DNA from: Perkinsus olseni
Taxonomy: Eukaryota
DNA: 50,648 nt
NCBI GenBank assembly: GCA_013115125.1
Contig: JABANN010000224.1
Coordinates: forward strand, 1 to 50,648
Direction of reading: 5' to 3'
Positions 1-12,455 of the stretch are shown one piece after another. The notes under the pieces are model-generated. The model was not told the origin of the DNA. It did no database searches and saw only the letters and a program-made list of their open reading frames with translations. Position 1 is the first letter of the stretch. Each line of letters starts with the position of its first letter. A program made the position numbers and the translations under genes.

Positions 1-90
1 TCTCCATCGCAGCCCAATATCTCCGGATCTTGTGTTACACTTCTAGCAGCTCAGCTGCGAGTGTTGCTAGATCAATCTCAAGTTGCAAGA

Positions 91-2397
91 TCAGAAAGTA
101 GATCCACTCCTGTCGTCGTCGTTGCCAATGAAGATGGACTTAGAGGAGCGCTTAGTGGCATTGTTAGATGCCGAGTCGAAGTCCTTGTCCAGGATACGCG
201 AAGCACATGGCTTATGATGGCATCCAGGGCACTTAGAATGATACCCAGCGATAGATCGCTTGGCAGGGACATAGAATTCCTCAGTACGATAGGTCTTCGA
301 CCGAGGACGTAGTCGACTCGTAGCTCCACGAGTGGGCTTCCCATGCCCCCCGTGGTAGCTTGATGAGCTCCTAGAATGCGAGGACCCCCTAGAGCTCGAG
401 GGTGTCCTGCGACGGCTAGATGAGGAATGATCACGTTGATGACGTCGATCTCGATGACGCCTTGAGGATCGCCTCGAGCGGTCGGTGTGGGGACCGTCAT
501 CCCTAGATGAGCAACTGGGTTGCTGCCTAGGGTGATTAGACACTGGGCTTTGATCCTCACGCATATCGCGTTGATGGAGTGCTTGATGTCTTGGGCGACA
601 ACTATCGATATTGTAATACTGAGCTCCGTGTCGAGAGTCAGTAGTGCCAGCGGGAGCGCTGGCTAGATGGGGTCCCAATCCCATAGTTGCAGGATTCATA
701 GGTAGCTGTTCGTTAGGCGAACAGTAGTATGATTGTGGACCAGCATGGCCCATAGATGTACCATAGTAGACAGCGTTACCAACCGGAGGTAAATGCTGTG
801 AATTAGGATTAATGGTAACAGGTGGAGCTCGAACACTAGAAGAGGGATGATAGGTTGCAGCAGGTGTCGGCTCCGGAAGCCGCCCCATAGTGAAGACGGA
901 AGGCGGGTAGATCTCATTGCTGCTTGAGATCGGGTGGTTCACACCCATAGATGAAGGATAGGTCGGATCACCCCCGGAGTCTCCGGGTGAGACCGCGCCA
1001 GGATCATCATAAGTAGATTTGCCATTGCGATAGGCTTGGCCTTGTAGATCATGCCCCCTAGCATAGCTAGGTTGGTCTCCGTACTCGACTGGACCATGTA
1101 GACCACGTCCACTTGGGTAGGTTGAAGTCATAGCAACCTTGTTAGAGTACATCTTAGTGTCTCTAGAATATCCATCATAACCCCCACCATCGCCATTAGG
1201 GAAACCATCGATGCCACCACCAGTTAGATACCCACCACCACCAATACCAACGCCACCACCAGGTTGATGCCCACCAGTCTCAGCGTGATCGCCAGCGTTG
1301 TAGATGTCGTTAACCTGATCACCATTGTAGACCGGGTTGGATCTATTAGATAGATCCTGGTAGGGACCGCCTTGGCAGTGTGAGGGTTCTGAGCCACGTG
1401 ACCGTGCCGGCCGGGGGCACTGAAGGGGCGCTACTAACCGTAGATCTTGTCTAGGCTTTCGCTCATCGGCCTCACCTTTGCCCTCGTGGTAGATGTGACT
1501 AATTGAATACCCGTACTGACACGGTGGAAACTGGTTAGAACACGCAATAGTAGGCACAGAACATGGTATAGATTCGTCACTCATCAATCTTTCTGCCTTC
1601 CTCGGGCTCCCCTCTACGGGGCCTTCCGCAGGGGCTCGGATCGGTCTCAATGGCGAAGTCGATAGATGCTCGGCCTCGATGGGACTAGACTCTGGGCCGT
1701 CCTCGGGGCGTGTCTTAGATGGGGCTGTGGTCTCCATGGTTGGGGTTAATCCCTTCATAGGTTCACCGAAGCTGGGAGAACCATAGGGAAGTGTAGGGTT
1801 AGATGGACTTGATGTGGGACCAACAACATTAGATTCCTTAGAAGGATTAGGCTTCTTGGAGGTGTCTCCTGAAGCGTCGTTGGATGCCACGAAAGCACTT
1901 CCGATAGTTGGAAGGCCTTGTAGATGATGCTTTGCTGTAGATGACGACCCTTGTGAACTCGCTGTCAAGGTCTTCGGACCGCTTAGCCCACGCCCTATGA
2001 GTCTAGCAGAGGGAGGTCTTAGGCGAGTCTGGCTCCTCGTGCCATAGAAGCCTTTAGTAGATCTCCGTGCCGCCCGCGGACTCGTTCGGTCATCTTGAGG
2101 ATCTAGATGCCCCCCCTCTCGTCTGGAGGGTAGAGTCACTAGGGGGTGGTCGCTGAAGCCTTGTACAGGGGGTTCAGTACAGATAGATCGCTCCTTGTTG
2201 TCAGGGGCGTCGCTGTAGATGGTGTCGTCACCTTGAGGCTCGGACTGGGCTCGGGGAGAGATCCCGGTAGAATGTGCAGGAATCGATGGGAGCCTGGTTA
2301 TAGGGGAAGAGGAAAAAGCAGTAGATTTGCCTCTAGATCTCCCTTTGCGGACAGGACCGACAAAGGGAGGCAACTTAGAACCAGAACGTAACTCCAT
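91..2397 (-). CDS. Low-complexity gag-like ORF (768 aa), probably from a retroelement that continues off the left edge of the window
   Basis: Intronless ORF in an intron-rich region. It starts MELRSG (an LRS-type N-terminus, common in gag proteins) and is rich in Pro/Ser/Gly/Arg. It ends at SIFIGNDDDRSGSTF*, loosely like GREFLGFKDGR in the gag of the 26.7-32.0 kb element. A TGTTG start on the - strand at 2592 could be an LTR end. No pol domain is visible in the window. Confidence 0.4.
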   Translation of the reverse strand: MELRSGSKLPPFVGPVRKGRSRGKSTAFSSSPITRLPSIPAHSTGISPRAQSEPQGDDTIYSDAPDNKERSICTEPPVQGFSDHPLVTLPSRREGGHLDPQDDRTSPRAARRSTKGFYGTRSQTRLRPPSARLIGRGLSGPKTLTASSQGSSSTAKHHLQGLPTIGSAFVASNDASGDTSKKPNPSKESNVVGPTSSPSNPTLPYGSPSFGEPMKGLTPTMETTAPSKTRPEDGPESSPIEAEHLSTSPLRPIRAPAEGPVEGSPRKAERLMSDESIPCSVPTIACSNQFPPCQYGYSISHIYHEGKGEADERKPRQDLRLVAPLQCPRPARSRGSEPSHCQGGPYQDLSNRSNPVYNGDQVNDIYNAGDHAETGGHQPGGGVGIGGGGYLTGGGIDGFPNGDGGGYDGYSRDTKMYSNKVAMTSTYPSGRGLHGPVEYGDQPSYARGHDLQGQAYRNGKSTYDDPGAVSPGDSGGDPTYPSSMGVNHPISSSNEIYPPSVFTMGRLPEPTPAATYHPSSSVRAPPVTINPNSQHLPPVGNAVYYGTSMGHAGPQSYYCSPNEQLPMNPATMGLGPHLASAPAGTTDSRHGAQYYNIDSCRPRHQALHQRDMREDQSPVSNHPRQQPSCSSRDDGPHTDRSRRSSRRHRDRRHQRDHSSSSRRRTPSSSRGSSHSRSSSSYHGGHGKPTRGATSRLRPRSKTYRTEEFYVPAKRSIAGYHSKCPGCHHKPCASRILDKDFDSASNNATKRSSKSIFIGNDDDRSGSTF

Positions 2398-2933
2398 AAC
2401 TCCTGAGGCTTAACGCAATGAACTAGAGCGTTGAATAGATAACAGATCTATTGATTCTAGGGTAGGCGAACAGTAGAGATACTTCCCCGATACTATCAGC
2501 TAGATAGTACACTCAGATTACTCGTATAGAGCACTCAAAGCACCTTAAAGGCGACTAGATCACCCACTTCGGCCCCAGCCGTTTCAACAACATCGATCTT
2601 GGCGAGCGAGAAATCAAATAGCGCTGGCCCGACGGAGCGGCGCCTGCACAAGACCCTCGTCCGGGCGAGCGCGCAAGATTCGCACGGAAGCACGGAATGG
2701 TCCACAACAAGAGGTGGGGAATGCCGGGCGTCACCTGTACATGCTCCCGCAGCAGAAGTTCCGCTTACCAAGTCTAAAGGAATCTCGAAGGCCCTCTCAA
2801 TCAGGGCATCTTCGGTAATCGTGGCCCTGTAGGAGTGGAGATAGCTGAGCTTCGACCTAGGATACGAAGACACGGTGCTTCAGCATGGCTGGTCGCTTCT
2901 CAGTCGCATTATTGCCGTCATTCTTGAGCCTTC

Positions 2934-5422
2934 ATGAGTACACGATTCGTCCTCAAACTTGCCTACCGAGGAGAATGCGTCCGAGTTAGACCGGAGCCAC
3001 AGTATTGCAACAGATACAGCCACGTCTTAGAGTAGGCAGGGGAAGAGGGCGGCCTTCCGCTACGGGCGTATGGTCAGGTACGTCAGAGAGACCTGGCCGG
3101 AGTTAGCCAGGACTGAGGACTTTGGGGTTTATTATTACGATGAAGCCGGAGATCGCTGCACCCTCAACGAGAGGACCTTCCCTGACTGCCTTATGCTGCT
3201 GCAAGAGCGCAATACCTACAAGAACACTGAGGAGCTTCCCGTCCTCAAGCTCAAGATTGAACGCCATCCCGGGCACCGCCCGCTGGTCACCCCGCTACCT
3301 AGGCCCGCCCATGTCATGGAGGCGGCCTCTAGGCGTATCGAGCAGAAGATGGGGTGGGACAGGATGAGGTCCTCTGAGCCGGGGTCCAAGGGCGGCTATG
3401 AGGGCATGCAGGTGAAGCCGGTTGTGCATCGCGGCTTTATTTGTGATGGTTGCGAGATGGACCCCTTAGTGGGCGACAGGTGAGCTCTGATGGAGGTCGA
3501 TGGCAGTCTGTTGAGGGGTCTCGATGGGTGTATTATCGGTAGGGCACTGCTGCTGGCAGGTACAAATGCAACTACTGTGAAGACTTCGATTTCTGTGCTA
3601 AGTGCTTCGATAAGAGGCTTCTCTTGGGCCACAACCCTTTCCATGCTTTCACCTGTCACAAGACCCCAAGAAAGCCTCTCGGCAACACTTCCGCACGGAC
3701 TTCTACGACCAGTAGTGGCTCAGACAAGAATACCATGACCTCCACTAATCCCCGGGAGGAAAAGTCCGTGGGGGATGCTCCTGTGACGCCCCCGACCAAG
3801 ACTGTTGGGACTCTCCCGGAGCCCAGGTCCACCCGAGACGAGAGCGTCCAGTGGGAGAATGATAAGCACTGCATGGTCAGTGGGCCGTGGGGCAGTCTGG
3901 ACATCTTCGTCGACAAACCCACCGACCGGAATTCCCCTGCCTTGGCTGCCAAGGTCCTCGAGGCGTGTGCTGCTGCCAAGCGTGCCATGGGACAGGCTAG
4001 TGCGCCACCATTCGGGGTCGCTGCGGGCCCTGACAGCTTCGCCGTGGACGCTGGGATACACCTCGGCATTGAGTGCGACCTTTGTGGAGAATTGCCGATC
4101 GTCGGCGCCAGGTGGGACCCTCGGGTGCAGCGGCAAGATTTGGCTCCGATGAGCGTATCAGATACAAGTGCACGATCTGTCCCGATTATGATCTGTGCGA
4201 GAAGTGCTTTGCATTCACAAGCCCTTCGAAGTCTCACGAACATCCCAAGTCTTCCTTCCGCAAGCTCAGCCCACTGGATACCATTGAGATCCGAAAGAAC
4301 CCGGAGATCTGGACCACAAGGCACCAGCAGCAGCTGGAGCAGCAGGCGGCGCCCTCTGCCCCGACGGTAGCCGTTCCCACTGAGGCTCCAGTCGGGGAGC
4401 CGGAAGTCTGTGGCGGCCCTATGTTCGGACCAATAGCACTTATCAGCCCCGAGCCCGAACCAGCAGGGTGAGTTGGCTGCAATTTGGACCTTGTAAATAT
4501 TGCTGCCTGATCGTAGGGTCGTGGAGTCCACTGATGACAATATCTCGGCAGTCGAGCCTGAAATCGGGGAAGAAATTGAGATGGAAGAACCGCCAGCTGA
4601 GAGCACCTATGATGATCAAAGCAGTAGTGCTCGGTGGAGGAGCTACAGGATGGGAATTGGCCCGTGTCAGGCGATGTCTCGGCGTCGGACTCGCTGCCGG
4701 AAAGCTGGATGGACTTGGGAGAGATGGACAACACTGAGGATATCATGCTCGTGGGGACGCCTCGTTCCGCAGAGTTCCAAGTGCGTCTCCGTTCTCGCCC
4801 ATCCGTGCGCTAGATGCGAGTTTCTCTATCAGGTCATTGAGCCGCTTGTTGATGGAAAGTTGCCGGAGGGAGGGGATGATGTATGTCCTGTCCCAGTGAT
4901 TAGTGTGTTCCCCAGGGCTTTGGGCGAATAACGATAGTCGCCGACCTATCGCTTCTTGGTGCATTGACACTCTCAATAGAAGTTAGTGGTACTGGTATCA
5001 GCCTGATACCAGTACTGTTAACTCCTACTACTTTATGTCCTACCTGATACTCTCAGGTGCATGTCGCCGAGGTCCGGGGCCCTGGTGCTGGAGATAGGCT
5101 AGCTGAGGCTCTGGTCGAGCATGGCGTAGTCGAAGATAGAGAGAAGGCCACTTGGTTGATAGGCCAGGTGGGCTTTCGCTGAGGTCACGCCTGAGGGGGA
5201 TATACTCGGGCACCTGATCGTGCTTCAACTTGCCATTGCCGTACGCTCGCGTTTGGCTAGTATCTTTCCTCTGAGGATCATCTGGATCTCTATAGATCTT
5301 CGCTGTTCGTTTAGCGGGGCTCTTCGGCAAGTAGTTGTTCCCTGACTGTTTCTTTGTCGTAGGTATCAGCCAGCCAGGAGCTTCGGGGGATGCTCAGTGC
5401 ATTCCTCAGCGAGGTGCAGTGA
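2934..5422 (+). CDS. p62/SQSTM1-NBR1-like selective autophagy receptor (PB1, ZZ, ZZ, LIR, UBA-like), multi-exon
   Basis: Spliced by eye. PB1 with OPCA motif: MSTRFVLKLAYRGECVRV...GVYYYDEAGDRCTL. ZZ1: HRGFICDGCEMDPLVGDR/YKCNYCEDFDFCAKC...H..H. ZZ2: HLGIECDLCGELPIVGAR/YKCTICPDYDLCEKC. LIR: acidic SDSLPES followed by WMDL at 4706-4717. UBA-like end: LAEALVEHGVVEDREKATWLIGQ/VSASQELRGMLSAFL. Confidence 0.8.
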
Positions 5423-5833
5423 TGGCGTCTCACAATGACAAGCAAGAATCGAGTCTGAAGTAGATAGCAGCATCCATCCACCGCCAGCTGGCTGATGGTT
5501 TTGCTATTATTGCTGCATTTCTGAGAGGATTCAAGTTGAGAGGATTACCATCATCATTTACTCCCCCCTTTCATCTTATCACAGTTGTCAACCTTTTTGC
5601 ATCTCAAAGTAGTAGTTGAACCCTGATACCCCTTATAATGCTTTTATCATGACGATAGTGCTCGAGAGGGCGTCAGTATGACTGATTGTTCTCTCGAGCC
5701 TGCGGTCGTTTGGTCATATCTACGTACCGATACCACTCCTCGCGCTTGCGTTAATATATTGAGGGGGTGGTCAGTGGTGCCTTCCCGGCGTTCGTAATGA
5801 CCGTTGGGTCGCAGTGACGTTGTTGGAGTTGCT

Positions 5834-8409
5834 ATGGGTAACCTAATTTCTCTGGGCAACGTGTTGGTTGTGAGGGTGAGGTACTCCGGGGAGTCCTTCA
5901 GAACTAGGATCATAGCTGAACGTTTCGAAACCGTTAAAGACTTGAAGAGGTAGGGTAGGCTCTCAGGCCTGTCGTTCTCGATGCTCCCTATGCTGCATCA
6001 GACTTATCACTGAGGCCTGGTCGCACTTGAAGGGTAAGAGGATCGAGGTTTCCCTTCCAGACGGCAGAAACTTCGACCAGTCGGGAGATGAGACCTCCGT
6101 CTTGGAGCTCATGGAGGATGCTGCTAAAGAACCTTGTGGGGTTGTACCGGAGCTGAAGTTGGAGGTCAAGCTGAGTGCACCATTATCGAGGAAGACCGCG
6201 AAGTTGCCGGATGCTCCACGTCTGCAACCTAGCGGAGGAATTACACCGACACCGATCGATAAGCACGAAGTTGCCACTCTGCACTTGGTTGACTGTGACG
6301 ACTGCAACATGTTCCCAATCGTCGGCAAGAGGTGAGCCGGCTGGGTCCTCACTTTGGGGGTATCTTTCTTGCCACTGCTAGCTTCGCTATCAGAAGGCTC
6401 GTGAAATCCTTGTATCGGTATTGGTGCATCTAAGGTACATCTGTATCGACTGCCCGAAGAAGGTGGACCTTTGTTTCCGCTGCCACGCTGATCACAACAG
6501 TTCTCACACGACAGTCCTGTATAACCATGCGATGGATGGAGTTTGGAACAATCAGAGATTCGACGATGTCGATCGTGGACATGAGAAGGATGTGAAAGAG
6601 TACGTAGGGAGAGGGGTTTGTTACTCGGTATTCGCCTATCGTCGTGAGGAGGACTTCCACTCCCTAAAGCGTTGCTTGTTCTGGTTATTCTCCCCTCAGC
6701 GGCACTTTCCCAAGGCGATCGGCGACCAGTGTGTGCTGTGTAGGTTCGACCAGCTACAAGTGAGGCACAGGTCAGTGCCGATAATGATTGCTAAAGTCTA
6801 CAAGCGAGGCGAGGGGAGCGATACCGAAATTTCTTATTGCCGTGATGACACAGCTGACACGAAGTATGTTCTGAGATGTCATTCCTGTGGGGACTGCGAT
6901 ACTGCTGCTAGAAGGTGAGGGAGTTCTAGTGTCTGAATTCCTAGTGATATTGTGCCGTGGGGCTCAGGTTCAAGAGTGACGTGAGGGATGATATCGTCCT
7001 TTGCGAGCTTTGCTACCTCGTCCACGAGCCTAACATTCTCGGACTCGCCTACAAGTGCTCTCGCCTCATCGTTCCGGGCTTTTGGAATGAGCCTGGAGGG
7101 ACTCATTTCTGGAAAGCTGAGCACGATGATGCTACCTGTAGAGAGTGTGGGGCATGCCCAATTGAAGGAAGGAGGTAGAAGGAGAGCACCAACGCGAAAT
7201 TGGCATCACCAGGTGATCGCTGAGGATTGCCCTCTACTTTCGGACCATGTCGATTGGCAGCTCCTCGTTTGGAGCACCGAAGCTGATATTCTTTGCGGAC
7301 GTTTGCAGTAGTCAATGACGTTCCTTATTCTCGACCGTTCACAGCCTCAGTGATGCGCATTGTGTGAAACAGGCGCAACGCGAGACTGCTACCATGGCCC
7401 AGCGCCCTCACTGCCCTCCCATGTGGATAGTACATTGCGAAGCGCTCTTCTGTGAGGTTGTTATCAATTGCACAATAGAGGTCATAGGATATGATTGAGA
7501 GCATGGTGCCCTGAGCACCAGGGGTGTCTGGTCACGGCCGACCTGTCGGATACTGGTGGCCAGCGTCTGCTACGTTTCTTGCTGAGAGACTTAGCCTGGG
7601 TAAGACTTGACCTTTCCCAGGTATCGCTGTGCGGTATGCGCTGATTTCGACTTGTGCGCCAAGTGTTACAAGAAACCTGGCAGCAGGCAGCATAGAGAAG
7701 ACCACTACTTTACCCTCATCGCCAAGCCTGTGACACTATGGAGCGTTAAGACGAGGGAGCCTAGGGGAGTTCCTTTGGGTGATTTGCCCTGTGATATGTG
7801 CCACAGACTTCGTCAGGGAGGTGCCAAGTACGCATTCAACCGCCCCAGTGCCCCTGACTCTTATTACGTTGGAATGCACTTGTTCAGGTACACTCTTCGT
7901 TCCCTATTCGCCACCCCAATGAGGGATGCCCATTTCTGTTCGGACTGTTATCAGACGATGCTTCAGAGGGAGGAAACCGGGCTGCGTAGCTCGAGCGACA
8001 GGAACAGTCCCTGGGCGATCTCCAACAGGGTCAAGAGCGAAACCCTCTCGGCCCCGCATAGAAGTGCGTAGATTGATGCCATGTGTTAGCCCTTAATGGG
8101 TTCGCTACTGTAGGGAGGCGTGTGAGTGGCAGGCTGCGGGTCAGCGGAGCTGAATCGGAGCTATTCCAGGAAATCCTGGAGGCTATAGAGGCTGATGATA
8201 GGAATCATGAGGTGGGTAGTAGCGCTCTCGGTGATAAAACCAAACTTGACATAGGGAACGCTTCTCGTGAGATCCCTGCTGCCCCTGCTGCCCGGGAACG
8301 CTTCTGGGTGCCGACTGCTGGGTGTTGTTGGCAGTTATTCGCATCAGTAGCATTGGAGTACCTGAATGGTCGCGTGTCTGGAAGTAGTCGCCGTCGTCTT
8401 CTCTACTGA
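5834..8409 (+). CDS. PB1/ubiquitin-like plus multi-ZZ zinc-finger protein, paralog B (multi-exon; N-terminal MGNLIS)
   Basis: Exon 1 MGNLISLGNVLVVRVRYSGESFRTRI.../LITEAW. ZZ-like units: LHLVDCDDCNMFPIVGKR/YICIDC..DLCFRCH; HDDATCRECGACPIEGRR/YRCAVCADFDLCAKCY..H...H; plus two degenerate units. The 3' end is uncertain. Confidence 0.7.
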
Positions 8410-9667
8410 TTTCAGTGTCAGTCGGTGTGGGCAGAGGAGCCTCCAAGAGAGCCCCAGCCCGGCGACAGATTCCTGGCCGCAAGACCCGAGTGAGTGCAGG
8501 GGCCTATTCTGTCTATCAGCCTGTCCAATGAGTCGGACAGGCTATCCGATCAGCCTGTCCTGAACCATCGTACAAGCAGCCTTTCAACCTTTTCTGCTAG
8601 TAATAGCCTCATGTCTGCCGGTTGAATCGACGCTGTTATGATCCGGTCTTTCATCGAAATATAGTATTCGTAAGAGCTTCACTGAATATCATCTTCCCAT
8701 CGCCTATTATCAAGGCTTTTTATCCAACGAGTTAATTGAGGTCTCTGTGAGGGTGTCTTTTTGTCCTGCCAGCGGACTTATCTTCGGCCGAAGAGATCAG
8801 TCCGTTGGGAGAATGTACCTTCTTAGAGTAGAGCGTGATCATCTATTGTTCCAAACGAAATTGTCTCAATCGACGAAATACGTATAAGCCGAACTTTCAT
8901 CAGTCGACGCCTATCAGTGCTGGCAGTCCATTTAACGAAGGTCTCGACATTCTCGCACGGTCTTGAGTTGGAGGGGATGTCGCATTGGGTGTCGCATTGG
9001 TAACATTGGAGTATCTGAGTGACTGAGTTGACTAGCCCCGGGAGTGGTCGTATATCATCTTGGATTGATTTCGGTGTCAGTCGGTGTGGGTGGAGGAGCT
9101 TCCGAGAGAGTCACAACCCGGTCACAGATTCCTAGTCGGGAGGCCCGAGTGAGTGCAGCCCTCCCTATCAAGATTTTTCATTCGATAATTATGCCTCCTC
9201 TACCGTGGTATGCCCAGTTCTATCGGGTGAGCCAATCTCATTCCGATTAATTCGAAATCGTATTATTCGCATCAGCTTCATTCAATATCATCCATTCGTG
9301 TAATATCAAGACTTCTCATCCAAAGAGTTAGTTAAATTCTCTTTGAGGGTGCCGCTTCGTGCTGCCAGCGGACTTATCTGTGGCCTGAGGGGATCAGTCC
9401 GTTGGGGCAGTGTAGTTGCACCCTCTTCGCAGTATCGTAAACCATGTTCATCATGAGTAGAACTATCTATTGTTCCGAACAGAATCGCCGTTATCGAAGA
9501 AGTACGTACGAGAGCGGACTCCGATCGGTCGACGCTCATCAGCGCTTTGGCCTATGTCACGGAGGTTTCCACGCTCTCGCATCGTCTCGAGTCGCAGCGG
9601 GTGTCGCTTGCCGCTTAGCAGCAAATCCTATGGCCTAATGTTTCTCCTTCTCGCTTCAGTCTTTTGT

Positions 9668-10110
9668 ATGGAAGAGGACGCCTTCGTAATAGTCAGCGCT
9701 AGTAACAGTCCAGCGGTGGTGTGTCTTCGCATCTCTTACGGGCTTCCTGATTCTGTTGTGGTCTGGAGTCCGGACTCTGGCCGCGTGTAGCATAGTCGAT
9801 CCTCACTATTGAGGTTGTAGGTGATACTGCCGCATCATGCGGCAGCACATGGCCCGAGTGTGAGGGATTCGTATACGAGATGCGCAGTGTCGGTTCCGCG
9901 TGGCCAGGGGATGTCATTGAACAAGCCCTTGGAGAAGGGAGGTCTGGCCGTCCGGGTTCGGACTGATTGTCTCGAGGGCCCCCAGCTCCCGAATCGAAGC
10001 GTCCCTTCGCTGGTTGCGGACACCCTCGCGAAGGATGACCCGACCTCCGAAGTTCTTCGGACCCTCCTCTGCAAGAATGATTGTTCTTTCATCAGATGCG
10101 GAATATTTTA
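9668..10110 (+). pseudogene. Chimeric relic of ZZ-family genes
   Basis: The start MEEDAF resembles the paralog C start (MKEDAF, 19761). 9830-10110 matches paralog E at about 40020-40280, with deletions. Confidence 0.6.
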
Positions 10111-11265
10111 CCCGTCGTCTAAAGACAGGTAAACTTTTCGACGGGGCTCACGCACTCAGTTATCAGAGTTTGGGAGTGAAATTTCTCATGTGTATATCAT
10201 GATGATATTATCATCGACTGTGGAGAGTGGATTGGGTGGCTCAACGTGACCGTTTCATGAAAAAGCGGGCGAGCGAAATTTTTGGTCTCGTACGAGGTGA
10301 TCTGTTACGACAAAAACGACTAACTGTGTCGTATCTTGCGCCCATGTGAGAGACAGACACAACCATCTAGAACCAAGGTGCGCACCTCGAATATACCGAG
10401 CGAAATTTTCTCCCAATCATGCGCTATCAACAGGGCCCGACAGCGGGGGAAGGAGGAACGACTTCGTGCCTTCGTTTGAATATCCCTAACGGCGTAGTGT
10501 CATTTTTGATGTCATTTTTGATTTTCATGCTTGAGCGTCATTCTCTCGGTTTGATACCCGGGTCTATGTTGAAGCTGCTGAATTCGTGCCCGAGCGAGGT
10601 TTTCCAGTTCTTCGAGCTGCCGCGCTCTCTGGTCCTCCTCGTTACGTGGGAAAATTGTTTTACTAGGGCATAGTCCGGCGCGAATGCTCGGCGGAACGGC
10701 GAAATTGGTCATACTAAGGTATTATACTATAAAAATTCTTATGTTTACTACGCCGCTTAGGACTGAACTCATTGCCATCTAGGTCGAAAGAAAGGGCTGA
10801 CTTAAATAGAGGGGTGTGGCAAATCCATCGTGAGTGGATTTATCGCGAGCCTCTAACGGTCCATCACTGGGTTGACTGAGAAAGGACGGCCGTAGCTCGG
10901 CCCAAGCGAAGGTGCGCGTGCCGATGGTAGTACGCGAATACACTGAGGGGTCTCAAGGAGGTAAAAACAGACAGAAGAGTCGGGCAGACCTGCCAAAACT
11001 GGCCGCACGCCCTCACTGAGCATCGCTCAGGTGCGACCATTCGAGATATAGTGCTGATCATCGAGTAGCACTGGCAGTAATGATACTGGGTAGGATCGAG
11101 ACTCGATCATCGAGTCGTAACCTCCTTGCAGAAGCGGGCGGCTTTCAATGTCGAATGCAAAATAGATGCTACAAAATTCTGCGGACGCCACCCTCAAGGT
11201 CTTTGACAGTCAAAGTTTGACTAACCTAAGATCATGAGGTGAGTAGGCCTCGAAGGGGAGCTCTT

Positions 11266-11991
11266 CTATTTCATTGGGTTGAGAGCTAAGGTCCTCGTTC
11301 CTCCCCCTTGAAGATGCAGGTAGACCCTTTCTGGCGTAGCTGAGAGTACAAAAAAGGAAGGAGTACCTCCCGTCGGCAGGTCCGATCCTGGACAACTTTC
11401 CGCCACACCGCGGATGAAGCTTGCGTAGGTTGCATCAGCGCCAGGTAGAAAATTAATATTGGTTCTCTCGCCGACGATTAGATCACTGAATCGGCGGCCG
11501 TGGGAAGCATGTCTACATTCGAAGTCTAGAAACACGTCTGTAGGAGAGATCGTCAAAATCAATTTGAAACTGTCGTCTCCGTCATAGACGTATGTCCCCG
11601 GGACCAGAGGTAGGGCTCTTCTAGAAAATGTAACCTCTTCCCCTGCGAGTTGAGTCTTGAAAGAGGACTCGTCGTACGGAGACAGAACGGTCAATTCACC
11701 ATCTTGCATCTGGACTTCCGGGAAAGCATTAGTCATCACTCTCTCGAAGCGGCCGAAGTTTGGATATTCAACAGTGTAATCACCAGGTTCTCCTTCGACA
11801 GAATAGCCAATCTTGACCCTGACCGGTTGCTCGCCACGCCCCTCGAACTCCCACGACATAAAGCCATCCGACACAGAAGCTCGCATGTTGAGGGACGACG
11901 TTGACGCCACGTATTCTCCAACGAACTGAGCACTCGTAGTCACCAGAGCTAGAGCGGCGATGGAGAACCAAGTCGCAACGGGTTTTACCAT
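11266..11991 (-). CDS. Intronless secreted protein of the MVKPVATWF family, copy 1 (intact, 241 aa)
   Basis: Hydrophobic signal peptide MVKPVATWFSIAALALVTTSA/Q. Two beta-rich halves each open with G-x-Y (FVGEYV; VPGTYVY). Two conserved Cys in the second half. Five further copies occur in the window. Confidence 0.8.
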   Translation of the reverse strand: MVKPVATWFSIAALALVTTSAQFVGEYVASTSSLNMRASVSDGFMSWEFEGRGEQPVRVKIGYSVEGEPGDYTVEYPNFGRFERVMTNAFPEVQMQDGELTVLSPYDESSFKTQLAGEEVTFSRRALPLVPGTYVYDGDDSFKLILTISPTDVFLDFECRHASHGRRFSDLIVGERTNINFLPGADATYASFIRGVAESCPGSDLPTGGTPSFFVLSATPERVYLHLQGGGTRTLALNPMK

Positions 11992-12455
11992 TGAGAGAGT
12001 GGACTGGCTGTATAAAAAGAAGCTTCTAAAAATGAAGGAACGCAGAAGTCTTCCGCCGGAAGAGCAGATAAATTGAATCGGAAATGGGGTCCGTTATGTA
12101 CCTCAAACGTGAGAGAAATAGCGGGAAGTATGCAGTGGATGTAATGTGCAACTCGTCGCTCGGGCCTGATGTTAGGCAGAGAAAGAATCATTTATCCAGT
12201 TTGGCCTGTCTTCCGCGACTCAATAATCGATCGTGTCACACTGTAAGGGCTAGCTCGCACGCATAAGCTTGTGCGCCACCCATGCGCACTGGTCATAGCA
12301 ATTGAACGACATAACTGCCCTTCCCGGGTAAGTCAACAACAAGGACAATGACAGATAGTTTGCGTACAGGTCGCAAATGTCATAGATCCCCAATCGCAGT
12401 ATTTTTTTTATGACCCCGACACGGGGGAAAATGACATTTAGAGAGAGAGCAATGA

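Noticed and set aside
3656-4746. Long antisense and alternative-frame ORFs here and over MMS19 (43640-46345) and the retrotransposon (29924-30838)
   Set aside because: They are shadows of real coding sequence on the other strand or frame, with no motifs of their own.
8560-9640. Repeated spacer with short protein-like - strand frames (also 15480-15900 and 19440-19730)
   Set aside because: Stops and frameshifts differ between copies and no single frame is preserved, so it cannot be called a gene.
10110-10455. Unique insert with CGAGCGAAATTTT twice and a CCCGTCG/CGACGGG hairpin
   Set aside because: No matching termini or target-site duplication were found; insufficient to call an element.
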